DNA of 38,927 nt from Octopus bimaculoides (taxonomy: Eukaryota). The translations under genes were made by a program, and so were the position numbers. The notes beneath the pieces were generated by a model. It ran no database searches. It saw nothing but the letters and a program-made list of their open reading frames with translations, and was not told where the DNA came from. Shown in pieces: positions 25,196 to 37,526 of this stretch. The stretch spans positions 15,885,459-15,924,385 of the forward strand of contig NC_068992.1 of NCBI RefSeq assembly GCF_001194135.2, written 5' to 3'. Numbering within the stretch: position 1 is the first letter of the stretch; every line of letters starts with the position of its first letter.

Positions 25196-25467
25196 TAGAG
25201 TTTGACTTTTAAGCGCACATTGACATTCACACTTGTGTATCTGAAATATATAGAGAGGTAGAAATAGTGTTAGAAAGAGTGGCAACAGATTAAAGCATAA
25301 TAATCGTGTTTGTGCGTGGTTGAGTTAGTGTGTGTCTGTATGTGTGTCTGTATCTGTGTAAACACACACATTTACATACAAACACACAGACGCACACATG
25401 ATTGTATCGGTCTATGGCTTTCTGATTGAGTCTTGTCACCCGACATTGGAAACATTTATACACAAGT

Positions 25468-25512
25468 CTGAATATTAACAACGAAATGATGCAATTAGAT
25501 GATCAACATAAG

Positions 25513-25513
<1 letters not shown>
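25468..25513. repeat. 46-bp block duplicated at 28272-28317
   Basis: ctgaatattaacaacgaaatgatgcaattagatgatcaacataagt vs ctgaatactaacaacgaaatgatgcaattagatgatcatcatgagt (3 mismatches). Confidence 0.8.
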
Positions 25514-25553
<40 letters not shown>

Positions 25554-25959
25554 AAATAATTCTATGTAGCTTTATATACTAGATGTATATATATTCACAG
25601 ACATATCTACATATATATCTTGTTTATAAATACAATTATCCGTTCGTGTAAATATAGAGAAATACATAGACGTTTGGATAATTTCAATGTCAATTAGGTA
25701 AATGATTATTTATCTGTTAAAATCTGACATTTCTTCTTTTTTTTATATATTTTTTTTCTGCTATCGCCTATTAGACTGACAATTAGTTTCCTAGTTTTTA
25801 TAATACTTATTAAATTTTACGATAGTATAATTTTTTTGACTATTCGTTATTCATTAAATTTCATGAAAATTGTTTTTTCATAATTTGGCATACGTCCATC
25901 TAATTTCAGTATTAGTCTTTTAATATATTACTAAATAAAGAATTGATTGTTTGCCACAC

Positions 25960-26320
25960 GTATACATAAATGTGTGGCCAACTCTAATGATTTATTGTAT
26001 AAGAGGCAGTCAAATTTACTGATATTCCTTCAGCTGCTCTGTGTCTCATTTCTATTAGACTTTTCCATTTCTTCTTCAGCTTCATTTTGTAAAATAATAA
26101 TATGTCTATTTCTTATTTGTTTTTCTTGCCTTCTTGATTTTTGCTTCTCACTGCCATCCTGTAGCCTCATTAAAGTTGTTTCCTCACCTTCTTCCCTTCT
26201 TCTCTCTTGTTCTTCTTCAGCAACCTTATTCAATCTTATAGTGTGTTCGTCTTTTTTGTAGCCTTCTTTCAATTTCCTCTTGACTTGCCTGTGAGTGTTG
26301 TTTCCTCATGTAGTCGTTTT
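25960..26320 (-). pseudogene. Second charged-repeat remnant, STPR/Helitron-N-terminus-like
   Basis: Minus frames give QASQEEIERRLQKRRTHY and KVAEEEQERRREEGEETTLMRLQDGSEKQKSRRQEKQIRNRHIIILQNEAEEEME. Frameshifted; periodicity weaker than at 21170. Confidence 0.4.
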
Positions 26321-28271
26321 ATCTATCTCCAGAAAGATGAAAGGCAAAGTTAGCGTCCTCGTGGTTTCAACTAGCTACGACGCCTATACTAAGATAAGTA
26401 TCCCTCCATTTCATAGCTATTTCTCTGAGAGCCAGAGCAGTGTATTTAATTACTCCAAATGTTTGCTCCAAAATTTTTAATAACCTGATTCCATTATAAA
26501 GCTCATTGCTGTCATAGCTTTTAACGCACCGAATCAAGGTTATGAAAAAAAACTATGAATTTATGCACCAAACCAAAAAACGAAAATTTGTAAGACGTGG
26601 AATTTCCCTCGGTCAATCTTGATCGTGAATCTTATGTGCTATAATCAGACACGCAGATAGTAAGTTAATTAACTTCTAAGTTTTCAATATACTCCATCCA
26701 TCCCCTAACTCGTTATAATGAAAATGAATTTAACATTATAAAAACATGTTATTAAAGGTTATAAATTTATGCGTCATAATAAATAAATAAATTTAGAAAT
26801 GGCCCATTTATATAAAGACCCAGGGGATAGCCATTATTGTGGAGCGCCAGACTAATTATGTAGCTAGTGGTTTTAGAATGACAATTTACAACGTCTAAGC
26901 ATAACTCCGTGCAGTTTGTGTCCATAATTAACTGTCTGAGAGAAATAATGCTAAAAGGTTGACCACGAATAAAGAACAATGATTCCACACAACTAAAGAT
27001 ATGTGCCGTAATATAGCTACAGGCATTTGGTCTAAAAGTGTATTGGCTTGTCTACGCTAACTTCTATTCTCATTCAATGTTCGGAACGCTTAAAGATGTA
27101 TAAATAGAAAAAAAGATAAATGAATTTTTCCGGGAAAAAATAATTACTTCCTAATGTTTTATTTTCTGTTTTCATTAAAAAAAACTATTTAATGTAGTTT
27201 GATCTCGTACATTTCTGTAGGCAAAACATAAAAATACGGAAAGAGCTATACGGTAAATAGGCAGCAATTCTGAAATATGAGTTTAAAAAATATTTTGGTC
27301 GAATGCAGAAATATCTTTTTCTTTTCTACAAATTAATTACTATCCTAATATTAATAGGCAGCGGGAGAAAAAGAAATTACGAAAATATTTATTTTAAAAC
27401 GTTTTTCATTTTCTACCGATTTAGTTAATTTTTTTTTTTTTTCGATTTGGTTTAGAGAAAATTAGTCGCGAATATTGACAAGAGGCTAGAAATTCGTGAA
27501 TGATGGCAATAATCGATTAAATGATAGAAACGGAAGCAAGAACACACTATTTACTCTATTAACCTCCGAGGAGGAAACGAAGATAAAATATCATCCAACA
27601 GAATTTGGACAGAATCATTCCAGGGAAAAAATGTTTAATCATAAGAATTTTGTCCTTTCTTTTGCCATTTCTATCACTCCATTAGCTTATCTCCATTAGC
27701 TTATCTCCGAGAAATACTACATAATGCGAAAAATATTGCAGAACACGAATCTTGCATCATTTTAAAAACAAAAGACGCCTTCATTTAACTAAGTACAATA
27801 ACTTGTTTGTTGCAGGGAAGACATTTCGATGCTTAACCTTCTTGTAGCTTTTTGTTAACGAAAGTTATTAGCTGCCCTTACTGTTCAAAAAATGATGCAT
27901 AAAATAAAACAAAACTGATCGACAAACATTTCTTCGAGATAAACATATCTAATCCCACACAGCGTTTTTATAGAAAACAACTTTTTGTAATTAACCCATG
28001 AACTGTCTAATTTGAAAGGTGGATATGTCAAACATTTTGAAAACAGATTATCCCCCCCACCCAAAGCATTTAATTCGTCCCCGGTTTAAAAAGACCTCAT
28101 GGCATTTACATAACCTTTACCAGAGTTCATTTTGTTGCAAGAATTTGGATAAGGTATGTGGTTTGAAGATATTTTACTCCAGTCTCCAAGATTTTTCCCA
28201 GAGGAGTAGGCGCTGCTCCTCCACTTTTCTGCAACGAAAGTGGTGCCAATTCTCAGTTTCAATCGCTTTAA

Positions 28272-28317
28272 CTGAATACTAACAACGAAATGATGCAATT
28301 AGATGATCATCATGAGT
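28272..28317. repeat. 46-bp block duplicated at 25468-25513
   Basis: See partner copy. On the minus strand both copies end at ...tcgttgtt(a/g)tattcAG, a 3' splice-site-like sequence. Confidence 0.8.
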
Positions 28318-29179
28318 TATATTTGATAGAGGTATACTACTACATAAGATAATGGAGCGAAGTTGCACGAATACTCTAGCACTAGAATTAAATATGGTCT
28401 AGGTTCAAATTTCACTGGGGTCACATAATGGTTACAAGAGGATAAAAGAAAATATAAATATAAAACAAAAACACTTGCGAAGAAATACAGAAATCTATTG
28501 TGTGTATGAGCAAGACAGAGAGATGGGAGAGGGAAGAGGTAGAAAGAGTCTGCATGTGTAGATATAGTGTGTTCATGAATGTGAGCAAAGACGTCCTTGT
28601 CGCGACTCTTGTCAGAAATTTTCTGACTAATTTGAAACTAAATGTTTACCATCTTATAAACAAAGATCTTCTGATTTCCGTCTCTTTTGTTTAGATAGTT
28701 TAAAAATAAGGGAAACATTTGTCATGGACATGAAATGATATTTGTGAATAGAGCTAATGCAGAGAGCCTCTCTGCGTTCCATTCACTATTTTGATTTCCT
28801 GTTAAAAAAAAATTCTTGCTTCGCAATCGGAACCAACATCATTTGGAAATATATAATTGTGACGACAAACACAAACACCGCCGTTTCTCCTTGATATGTA
28901 ACAATTTCATTTCTGTTTGGCAAAACATAATACGTTTCTTCAAACAGGATGTATTCAGGTCAATGTCGGTAATCAAATGATATCGCTTAACAATACAACG
29001 TAATTAGACAAGGTGTGGATTTCTCGACTGAAGTTAACTGGATGATGATTTCACAACAGACGTGGAGAGGAAGGAAGAGATAGAGAGGAGAGGGAGGGTG
29101 GGAAAGAGAGAGACCGAGAAAGAAAGAGGGAGGCAAGCAGAGGAGGAGAGTAGGTAATGCGTTAACCTTTTATCAGAAA

Positions 29180-29396
29180 TACTAATCTCAAATTTTAGAA
29201 CAAGGCCAGAGATTTCGGCGGCAGATGTAAGTCGATTACATTAACCCCAGTGCTCAATTGGTACTTATTTTATCGATACCAAAAAGATAAAAGCAAAGTC
29301 GACCGCAGCGGAATTTGAACTCAGAATGTGAAGGTGGACGAAATGCCGCTATGCATTTTGCCCGGCGTGCTAACGCTTCTGCTAGTTTGCCGCCTT
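29180..29396 (-). mobile_element. SINE family C, full length
   Basis: Reverse complement of 38604-38822; head ends ...gtttgccgcc. Confidence 0.85.
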
Positions 29397-29540
29397 GCCT
29401 CTTGACTGAAATATTAACAACACACTAAATACGTCATGCACTCTTAATTGAATTACACTAGATCGAGTAAGGACAGGAATGTAACATGAGAGATCAAGAG
29501 AGGGAGAAGGAAACATAATGAGATGGAAATATAAGTCTAC

Positions 29541-29577
<37 letters not shown>

Positions 29578-30325
29578 ATTCCAGAATGAATCAGCGAGCG
29601 TATTAAAAACTCAGTTTTAAGTTTATGCTTTACCTTGAACAACATCTCACGGACGGATCAATTAGGTTCTAGCTATCTCAGTCATTTGACGGGATATGGT
29701 ATAATGTTACGTTCTTTCTTTACTGACTACTGACAAAAAAAGGCTTAAGTTTTGATATTGAAGTCATCTAACTGTGAATAAAATATTATGACCATTAACT
29801 GGTTTATTCGCATATAATTCTAGTCTCAAAGTTAAGCAGTTCATTGAGAAGAAATAAAAGAAACACCGCTATTGTAAATTTATTCTTGAATTACTGCAGT
29901 AAGAGAAAGTCTTCAAGTTTGTGCTGACAACTTCAAGGATTTTGATACAGAAGGAGACGAATCAATCCCAATAGACATTTATGTTTGAAATCAATACTGA
30001 TTATACATCAGTTCTAACATTTACTTTTAACTAATAGAATCAGAGCCAATTATTATAACATGCCTTAGATATGGACACCGTCATGATTCGTTCCTCTGAC
30101 CAGCTGGCTTTAAGTGTTTCTCGCTTGGTTGTAGCAAATTGTGAGATTTTAAAGATAATTGCCCAACATGTAAAATCACTGTATGAAAGCGAGTATTTTG
30201 CAGAATTAAGACAGGGTCCTTAACTTGTGAATTTTTTTTTAGAAAAGAAAATTATTCGAGGCATTATAGTTTTCCTTCTGAGAAGGAACACGAAGATAGA
30301 ATTTGAAGAAGAAAATTAACATATA

Positions 30326-30750
30326 GGCGCAGGTGAGGCTGTGTAGTAAGTAACTTGCTTACCAACCACATGGTTCCGGGTTCATTCCGGCTGCGTGGCA
30401 CCTTGGGCAAGTATCTTCTACTATAGCCTCGGGCTGACCAAAGCCTTGTGAGTGGATTTGTTAGACGGAAACTGAAAGAAGCCCGTCGTATATATGTATA
30501 TATATATGTATGTATGTGTGTGTGTGTATATGTTTATGTGTCTGTGTTTGTCCCCCCCCCCCCAACATCGCTTGACAACCGATGCTGGTGTGTTTATGTC
30601 CCCGTAACTTAGCGGTTCGGCAAAAGAGACCAATAGAATAAGTACTAGGCATCCAAAGAATAAGTCCTGGGGTCGATTTGCTCGACTAAAGGCGGTGCTC
30701 CAGCATGGCCGCAGTCAAATGACTGAAACAAGTAAAAGAGTAAAAGAGTA
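30326..30750 (+). mobile_element. SINE family A, full length, tRNA-derived head, internal (TA)n(TG)n, tandem AAAAGAGT tail
   Basis: ggcgcagg...ggctgtgtagtaag (A-box-like), ccgggttcattcc (B box), body, internal microsatellite at about 30488-30550, tail aagtaaaagagtaaaagagta. Confidence 0.92.
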
Positions 30751-32515
30751 TATTGAACGGCTAACAGAAGATATAGGTTCAGATAAATTCTTATCCATTT
30801 GTTAAGACGAGAGCACTGATGTTACATCATGTGCTATTTATTGACTGGTTTTGAAAGGGTAATGTGAAATGTGAAGAACTGGTTAAATTAGTTACGTTAC
30901 CTGAGCATAAAACAGAAGCAGAGTAAACTAATTGTGTAATCAACAGGTTGACCTTTCAAAAATAGTTTCTGTGGCTACTAATTCAGACAAGTAGGTTTTG
31001 GAAATTTATTGTATAGTATGTTAGATATCCATTGGCAGACTTTCATCATTTCTAGTTTACGTGCAAATGTTCATATTAACTTATAAAAATTGTAACAAAA
31101 CACAATTAATGTTACGTCTGCAAGCACTTTGGGAAAAAAAAAAAACTGGATCTATTTTAAAACGGGGGCGCCAGTATTTTCTTAACGAAACACTAACGAA
31201 ACACTTTGAAACTTGGGACACTGGTAGAATGTATCATATAAAACATCTTTTACTCTTAGTCTTCTTAACAAAAAAAAAAGGAATTCGCAAGTTATTCCAT
31301 GTTAAAGTTGTCGTATTTCTGTAATTTCAACCAATCATTGACGTCTATTCAGCTCAATAGAGTTACTGCTGGGCGGTCATAAAAATGTTATTCCCTGTGA
31401 CATATTTCATCCGGTTTAATCGTAATTTATACGCATATATTGNNNNNNNNNNNNNNNNNNNNNNNNNNNNNNNNNNNNNNNNNNNNNNNNNNNNNNNNNN
31501 NNNNNNNNNNNNNNNNNNNNNNNNNNNNNNNNNNNNNNNNNNNNNNNNNNNNNNNNNNNNNNNNNNNNNNNNNNNNNNNNNNNNNNNNNNNNNNNNNNNN
31601 NNNNNNNNNNNNNNNNNNNNNNNNNNNNNNNNNNNNNNNNNNNNNNNNNNNNNNNNNNNNNNNNNNNNNNNNNNNNNNNNNNNNNNNNNNNNNNNNNNNN
31701 NNNNNNNNNNNNNNNNNNNNNNNNNNNNNNNNNNNNNNNNNNNNNNNNNNNNNNNNNNNNNNNNNNNNNNNNNNNNNNNNNNNNNNNNNNNNNNNNNNNN
31801 NNNNNNNNNNNNNNNNNNNNNNNNNNNNNNNNNNNNNNNNNNNNNNNNNNNNNNNNNNNNNNNNNNNNNNNNNNNNNNNNNNNNNNNNNNNNNNNNNNNN
31901 NNNNNNNNNNNNNNNNNNNNNNNNNNNNNNNNNNNNNNNNNNNNNNNNNNNNNNNNNNNNNNNNNNNNNNNNNNNNNNNNNNNNNNNNNNNNNNNNNNNN
32001 NNNNNNNNNNNNNNNNNNNNNNNNNNNNNNNNNNNNNNNNNNNNNNNNNNNNNNNNNNNNNNNNNNNNNNNNNNNNNNNNNNNNNNNNNNNNNNNNNNNN
32101 NNNNNNNNNNNNNNNNNNNNNNNNNNNNNNNNNNNNNNNNNNNNNNNNNNNNNNNNNNNNNNNNNNNNNNNNNNNNNNNNNNNNNNNNNNNNNNNNNNNN
32201 NNNNNNNNNNNNNNNNNNNNNNNNNNNNNNNNNNNNNNNNNNNNNNNNNNNNNNNNNNNNNNNCTTGATATTTTCTTTGATAGAATAAAATAATTTAAAA
32301 TCAAAGTAAAAGTTTTTCAAGGAGATGTCGACAGCGGTACACAGAAATATTTCGCAAACCTTAAAGAAAAAAAGCCAACAAGCAATAGATCTTCAATTCA
32401 TGGAAAAACAATTATTCAAAGCATTTTAAAGCAATTGTCGAACACCGTCAAGTTAAATTTTATACAATTTTCTCTTTAAAAAATTAATAAATTTAAATGT
32501 TTTGGAAAAATTACA

Positions 32516-32553
<38 letters not shown>

Positions 32554-32928
32554 CTATCAAAAGGACCTAGCCTAATTCTGACACACAATTCTGTCATTGG
32601 TGCTTTGCAGAGTCTGAAACAGAGCAGAGTATAGAATCTGCTTTCCTTGAAATCTTTTGTCCCAGAGACATTCATTGTTTTTCTTACATATCTTAAAGGC
32701 GCGATATAAATTGTGAGTTATACAATATATTTTTTAAGGAACAATAAAACTTATTATTTTTCTATTGTCCTATATAAAGGCATTAACTAAGAGTTAATGT
32801 TGCTTATCGTGTACAATGCTATTTTACATTTTTGTTTTTCAATTGTCGTTTGAAGTCCATTGATGTAAATAATCGTTCTTAAAAGGCTTTCATTTATGGG
32901 ATTTTCTGAGTAATCTACTATAATCTTC

Positions 32929-33093
32929 TGTTATTAGCTAGTTTGTAATGAACTCACCTCATTTAGAAATCAACATATTTCCCTCGTCACTTCAGCAATG
33001 TAGCTACACGTGCAGTTGGCGATTTCTTTTCCTTCTTTAGACTTTTCCCTTTCTCCTTAACGACGAAGAGCTATGCTCAAAACGTCAAGCTCT
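32929..33093 (+). repeat. Direct repeat copy 1 ending in a decayed hammerhead-like motif (Penelope pLTR/retrozyme-like)
   Basis: Ungapped match to 34409-34573, with 10 mismatches in the 143-bp core. Ends CGACGA-A-GAGC-TAT-GCTC-AAAACGTC. Confidence 0.75.
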
Positions 33094-33597
33094 TTTGTGG
33101 TTTTCTCTGTTACAACATATGAATTACGAAGGAAGGAGTGATAGATGAATAAGGAAGGAAGGAAGGAGTGATGGCAAACTGGTAGTGGGAGCGTTTCAAA
33201 TCTGTGAGTATATGTAAGTGTATGTAAAAGGGAGATATGTGAATGTGTGTGTATGTGTGCGTGTGCTATGGGAGTGGGATGGTGAACATTCAACGTTAAA
33301 GAGAAAATCAAACGGCGTTTCAACTTTGTGTGAGCATGTGTGCATGTGTGTGCGTATACAAGGGAAGTATGTGAATGTATGTGTGAACCAGCGTTCTTTC
33401 AATAACAAACGATGATCGATGTGACAATCTCATATGACAACCACGAGATAACGTTGTCAAGTGTATTAATTTGACTTACCATCCATATTTATATATAAAA
33501 TACTACAATTTGACGGCACGGCGCCAGCTAGTAATACATATACAAGCAGTAAACAAGCATAAATAAATATCAAACATATTTTCCCTAAAAATATGTT

Positions 33598-33822
33598 AAT
33601 GCCGAGGCTGACTTTGCCTTTCATCCTTTCAAGATCTATGAAATAAGCACCATTTGAGCAATGAGATCGTTATTATCGACTCTCCCCCTCCCCACAGAAT
33701 TCAGGCTTTGACGATCGGCGTTCTTCTATTTACGTCCCCGTTACCTAGCGACTCAATTAAAAGACCTATGATATGAATATCAGACTTCAAAACATGCCGC
33801 AGTCCACTGACTGAAACTCGTA
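33598..33822 (+). mobile_element. Adjacent decayed SINE C (3' part) and SINE A (3' part) fragments
   Basis: gccgaggctgactttgcctttcatcctttc...; then tttacgtccccgttacctagcg...catgccgcagtc...tgactgaaac. Confidence 0.6.
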
Positions 33823-34408
33823 GTCAAAGGTTACGTAGTTTATTGTAATTTGCAAGAGTTCTTTCGATGTTATGTGTTACCATAAAGACCCGTCTTGTTT
33901 GACTGTTAGGTAATTCGACATCAGTAATAATGACCCCATACATCCGAGGAAAGATGAATGGACAGTGTTAATATATTGCTGATATCGAATATTCTGGAAC
34001 AAGGATAAAGCAAATATATTCAGCAATGAATTATGATTAAATATAGAATATAATTAAAAGAAAAAAATTATTATATATCGATGAGACAAGTAGATTAAGT
34101 ACTTTAGATGCCATTGGCATTGAATAAAGAGGACACATTTTTTTGCTTTCTTTTCTCGTAGTCTTTGAATTTTAATGGAGATATATTGATTTTCTTTATG
34201 TTTTATTATTTTATCGTAACTACATTTTAAAAGAAATGTTAAAAAAAAAAGTAGGAATCTAGCGTTGATGGCTACAATGAGATAGAATCCTTTGAAGAAA
34301 TTTTATGATTTTCAAATTGAAAAAGTGACGAAATATCGTGCACTAAAATATTTTCTCTATGTTGTATGATACTTTGAAGGCTTTGCTATTCATATCCGTT
34401 GCACAAGG

Positions 34409-34573
34409 TGTTACTAGCAAATTTATAAAGATCTCACCTCATTTAGAAATCGACATATTTTCCTCGTCACTTCAGCAAAGTAGCTATACGTGCAGTTGGC
34501 GATTTCTTTTCCTTCTTTAGACTTTCCCCTTTCTCTTTAACAACGAAGACCTATGCTCGAAACGTCAAGCTCT
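34409..34573 (+). repeat. Direct repeat copy 2 ending in a decayed hammerhead-like motif
   Basis: Partner of 32929-33093 at a constant offset of 1480 bp. Ends CAACGA-A-GACC-TAT-GCTC-GAAACGTC. Confidence 0.75.
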
Positions 34574-34675
34574 CTTTTTCCCCTGAGCGTGAAACTAATT
34601 CATTTCTTGTGCATGTCCTTCTGTTGTCTATTAAACTTACTCGTTTATTTGAATTGATTGCTTATTTGAATTTAC

Positions 34676-34713
<38 letters not shown>

Positions 34714-35030
34714 CGTGTGTGTGTGTGTATGTATTTATGCTCATACACATTCATGCATGATTATATGAGTTTGGGGAAAGACCAGCAGGCCGAGGCCTCG
34801 CAGATTCTATCAGCTCTGTTCTTGTAAATGATTACGTAATCTAGAAAAAAGTATTGAGTAGTCCTTCACTAAATGTTAAATTGTTCGTGCTATAACTTGA
34901 TACATATATACTCACATGTACATATGTATTCCTGTCTTGTGTTTTGTCCGCCACTACATTCCTCCATGGCAAGGTTTAATTTGTGTATACAAATTTAATT
35001 TGCGGTCCATGGGAAGAGCCGTTTTAACGA

Positions 35031-35090
35031 TGCGTCCTACCCAGCTCTTCGAAACGCAGGTGTTAAAACGGGGGTAGCTGATGACGGAGG
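35031..35090 (+). ncRNA. Candidate hammerhead ribozyme with non-circularly permuted strand order
   Basis: GTC cleavage triplet (35034-36), GAAAC (35051-55) and CTGATGA (35078-84) are all present. Stem I CTACCC/GGGTAG (6 bp) and stem III TGCGT/ACGCA (5 bp) are perfect. Stem II is weak (5 bp, 2 G-U, 1-nt insert). Confidence 0.45.
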
Positions 35091-36942
35091 ATGTTCTCTA
35101 TGTGGCTTGTGTGTTTTCTCGTCTACGTTTTGTTTGCAATGTCCTGTACCCAGATATGCACCTATACATACAGGTGGGTGTCGGTATGCACATACCTGTA
35201 CGTATATATGCATATACTCATTTANNNNNNNNNNNNNNNNNNNNNNNNNNNNNNNNNNNNNNNNNNNNNNNNNNNNNNNNNNNNNNNNNNNNNNNNNNNN
35301 NNNNNNNNNNNNNNNNNNNNNNNNNNNNNNNNNNNNNNNNNNNNNNNNNNNNNNNNNNNNNNNNNNNNNNNNNNNNNNNNNNNNNNNNNNNNNNNNNNNN
35401 NNNNNNNNNNNNNNNNNNNNNNNNNNNNNNNNNNNNNNNNNNNNNNNNNNNNNNNNNNNNNNNNNNNNNNNNNNNNNNNNNNNNNNNNNNNNNNNNNNNN
35501 NNNNNNNNNNNNNNNNNNNNNNNNNNNNNNNNNNNNNNNNNNNNNNNNNNNNNNNNNNNNNNNNNNNNNNNNNNNNNNNNNNNNNNNNNNNNNNNNNNNN
35601 NNNNNNNNNNNNNNNNNNNNNNNNNNNNNNNNNNNNNNNNNNNNNNNNNNNNNNNNNNNNNNNNNNNNNNNNNNNNNNNNNNNNNNNNNNNNNNNNNNNN
35701 NNNNNNNNNNNNNNNNNNNNNNNNNNNNNNNNNNNNNNNNNNNNNNNNNNNNNNNNNNNNNNNNNNNNNNNNNNNNNNNNNNNNNNNNNNNNNNNNNNNN
35801 NNNNNNNNNNNNNNNNNNNNNNNNNNNNNNNNNNNNNNNNNNNNNNNNNNNNNNNNNNNNNNNNNNNNNNNNNNNNNNNNNNNNNNNNNNNNNNNNNNNN
35901 NNNNNNNNNNNNNNNNNNNNNNNNNNNNNNNNNNNNNNNNNNNNNNNNNNNNNNNNNNNNNNNNNNNNNNNNNNNNNNNNNNNNNNNNNNNNNNNNNNNN
36001 NNNNNNNNNNNNNNNNNNNNNNNNNNNNNNNNNNNNNNNNNNNNNNNNNNNNNNNNNNNNNNNNNNNNNNNNNATATATATATATGTATATGTATATGCA
36101 TATATATGTATATATAAATAATACAAAATGGGACAAGAATGCAAAACCTCCAGACAGTTAGGTGATACAAGAAAGGTCTTTCGAGGTCTTTTACTTCAGA
36201 GCTTAGAAATACTGAAAGACCACTGCAATAAGCATACCCACACACACATATATGTATGTGTGTAAGCATCAATGCCGTTGATACGTAACAACATATCATA
36301 TGATTTTATATAATTTTCATTTTTGGATACAAATTCAAATGTGATCACATTGGGTCTCTTGAAGTGGAATGCGGTTTCAAAATATATCCTTGTTTTGATA
36401 AGTTTCAACGCATCCATCGATCTCGGAGATCTGTCCAAAGATTCATAGATATTTGTATTTAACTATATTATCCCGATTGCTGACACAGAGTGTTTATTTG
36501 CACTGTATTCTTTCCCAGATGTGACAAGTGTACACAAGCTTTGTAGTCGTGTAGTTATATAGATGTTCGTAACAACAACATATAGATAATTTAATCAGAA
36601 GCTCGAAATATGTCTTCCGCTTCAGTTGTTCACATCTATTGTAAACAATGAAGTGATTAACTTCTGTCGACTGATATTGACCTTTGAAACTACACTGCCA
36701 GCAAACTATTCATCTATATACTAACATGTTTGAATACCTGCCTATCAATTTATTTGTTTATCTATTTATCCGCCCATATTCTATCTTTCTCGCATTTTCT
36801 GCATGTACACATGCATCCCACCGCACGCACATGCAGACATGGAAATTTATATATATATGTATATAAATTTTTACGTCTCTAAATTGTTTCAGCTTTTAAG
36901 CTGTGGTCATGCTGCAGCACCACAGTGTATATATTATACACA

Positions 36943-37105
36943 GGCGCAGGAGTGGCTGTGTGGTAAATAACTTGCTTACGAACCACATGGTCCCGGGTTC
37001 AGTCTCACTGCGTGACACCTTGGGCAAATGTCTTCTACTATAGCCTCGGGCCGACCAAAACCTTGTGAGTGGATTTGGTAGACGGAAACTGGAAGAAACC
37101 CGTCG

Positions 37106-37171
<66 letters not shown>

Positions 37172-37394
37172 TGTGTGTGTGTATATATTTGTCTCCCCAG
37201 CATCGCTTGACAACCGATGCTGGTGTGTTTGCGCCCCTGTAACTTAGCGGTTCGTCAAAATAGTCCGATAGAATAAGTACTAGGCTTACAAAGAATAAGC
37301 TCTGGAGTCGATTTGGTCGACTATAAAGGCGGTACTCCAGCATGGCCGCAGTCAAATGACTGAAACAAGTAAAAGAGTAAAAGAGTAAAGAGTA
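36943..37394 (+). mobile_element. SINE family A, full length, young
   Basis: ggcgcaggagtggctgtgtggtaa...cccgggttcagtctc head, internal (TA)n(TG)n at about 37086-37185, tail of tandem AAAAGAGT-like units. Confidence 0.92.
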
Positions 37395-37526
37395 TACATA
37401 AGTAAGCATATATACACATACAGCCATTTATATATGCAGAGTGCGTAAGGTATCTGAGGACAAATGTTAATGTTACTATAACAGCATATTTATCAACTTA
37501 ATATTTTCTATATTACAGAATTATCA

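Noticed and set aside
33500-33530. GACGGCACGGCGCCAGCTAGT as a Helitron 3' end (hairpin plus CTAG)
   Set aside because: The hairpin pairing is weak and no matching 5' TC end could be defined.
36170-36200. Minus-strand CTGAAGT...CTCGAAAG hammerhead-like words in a repeat-like tail next to a gap
   Set aside because: A9 is missing, and there is no convincing stem II or cleavage-site pairing; too decayed to support.
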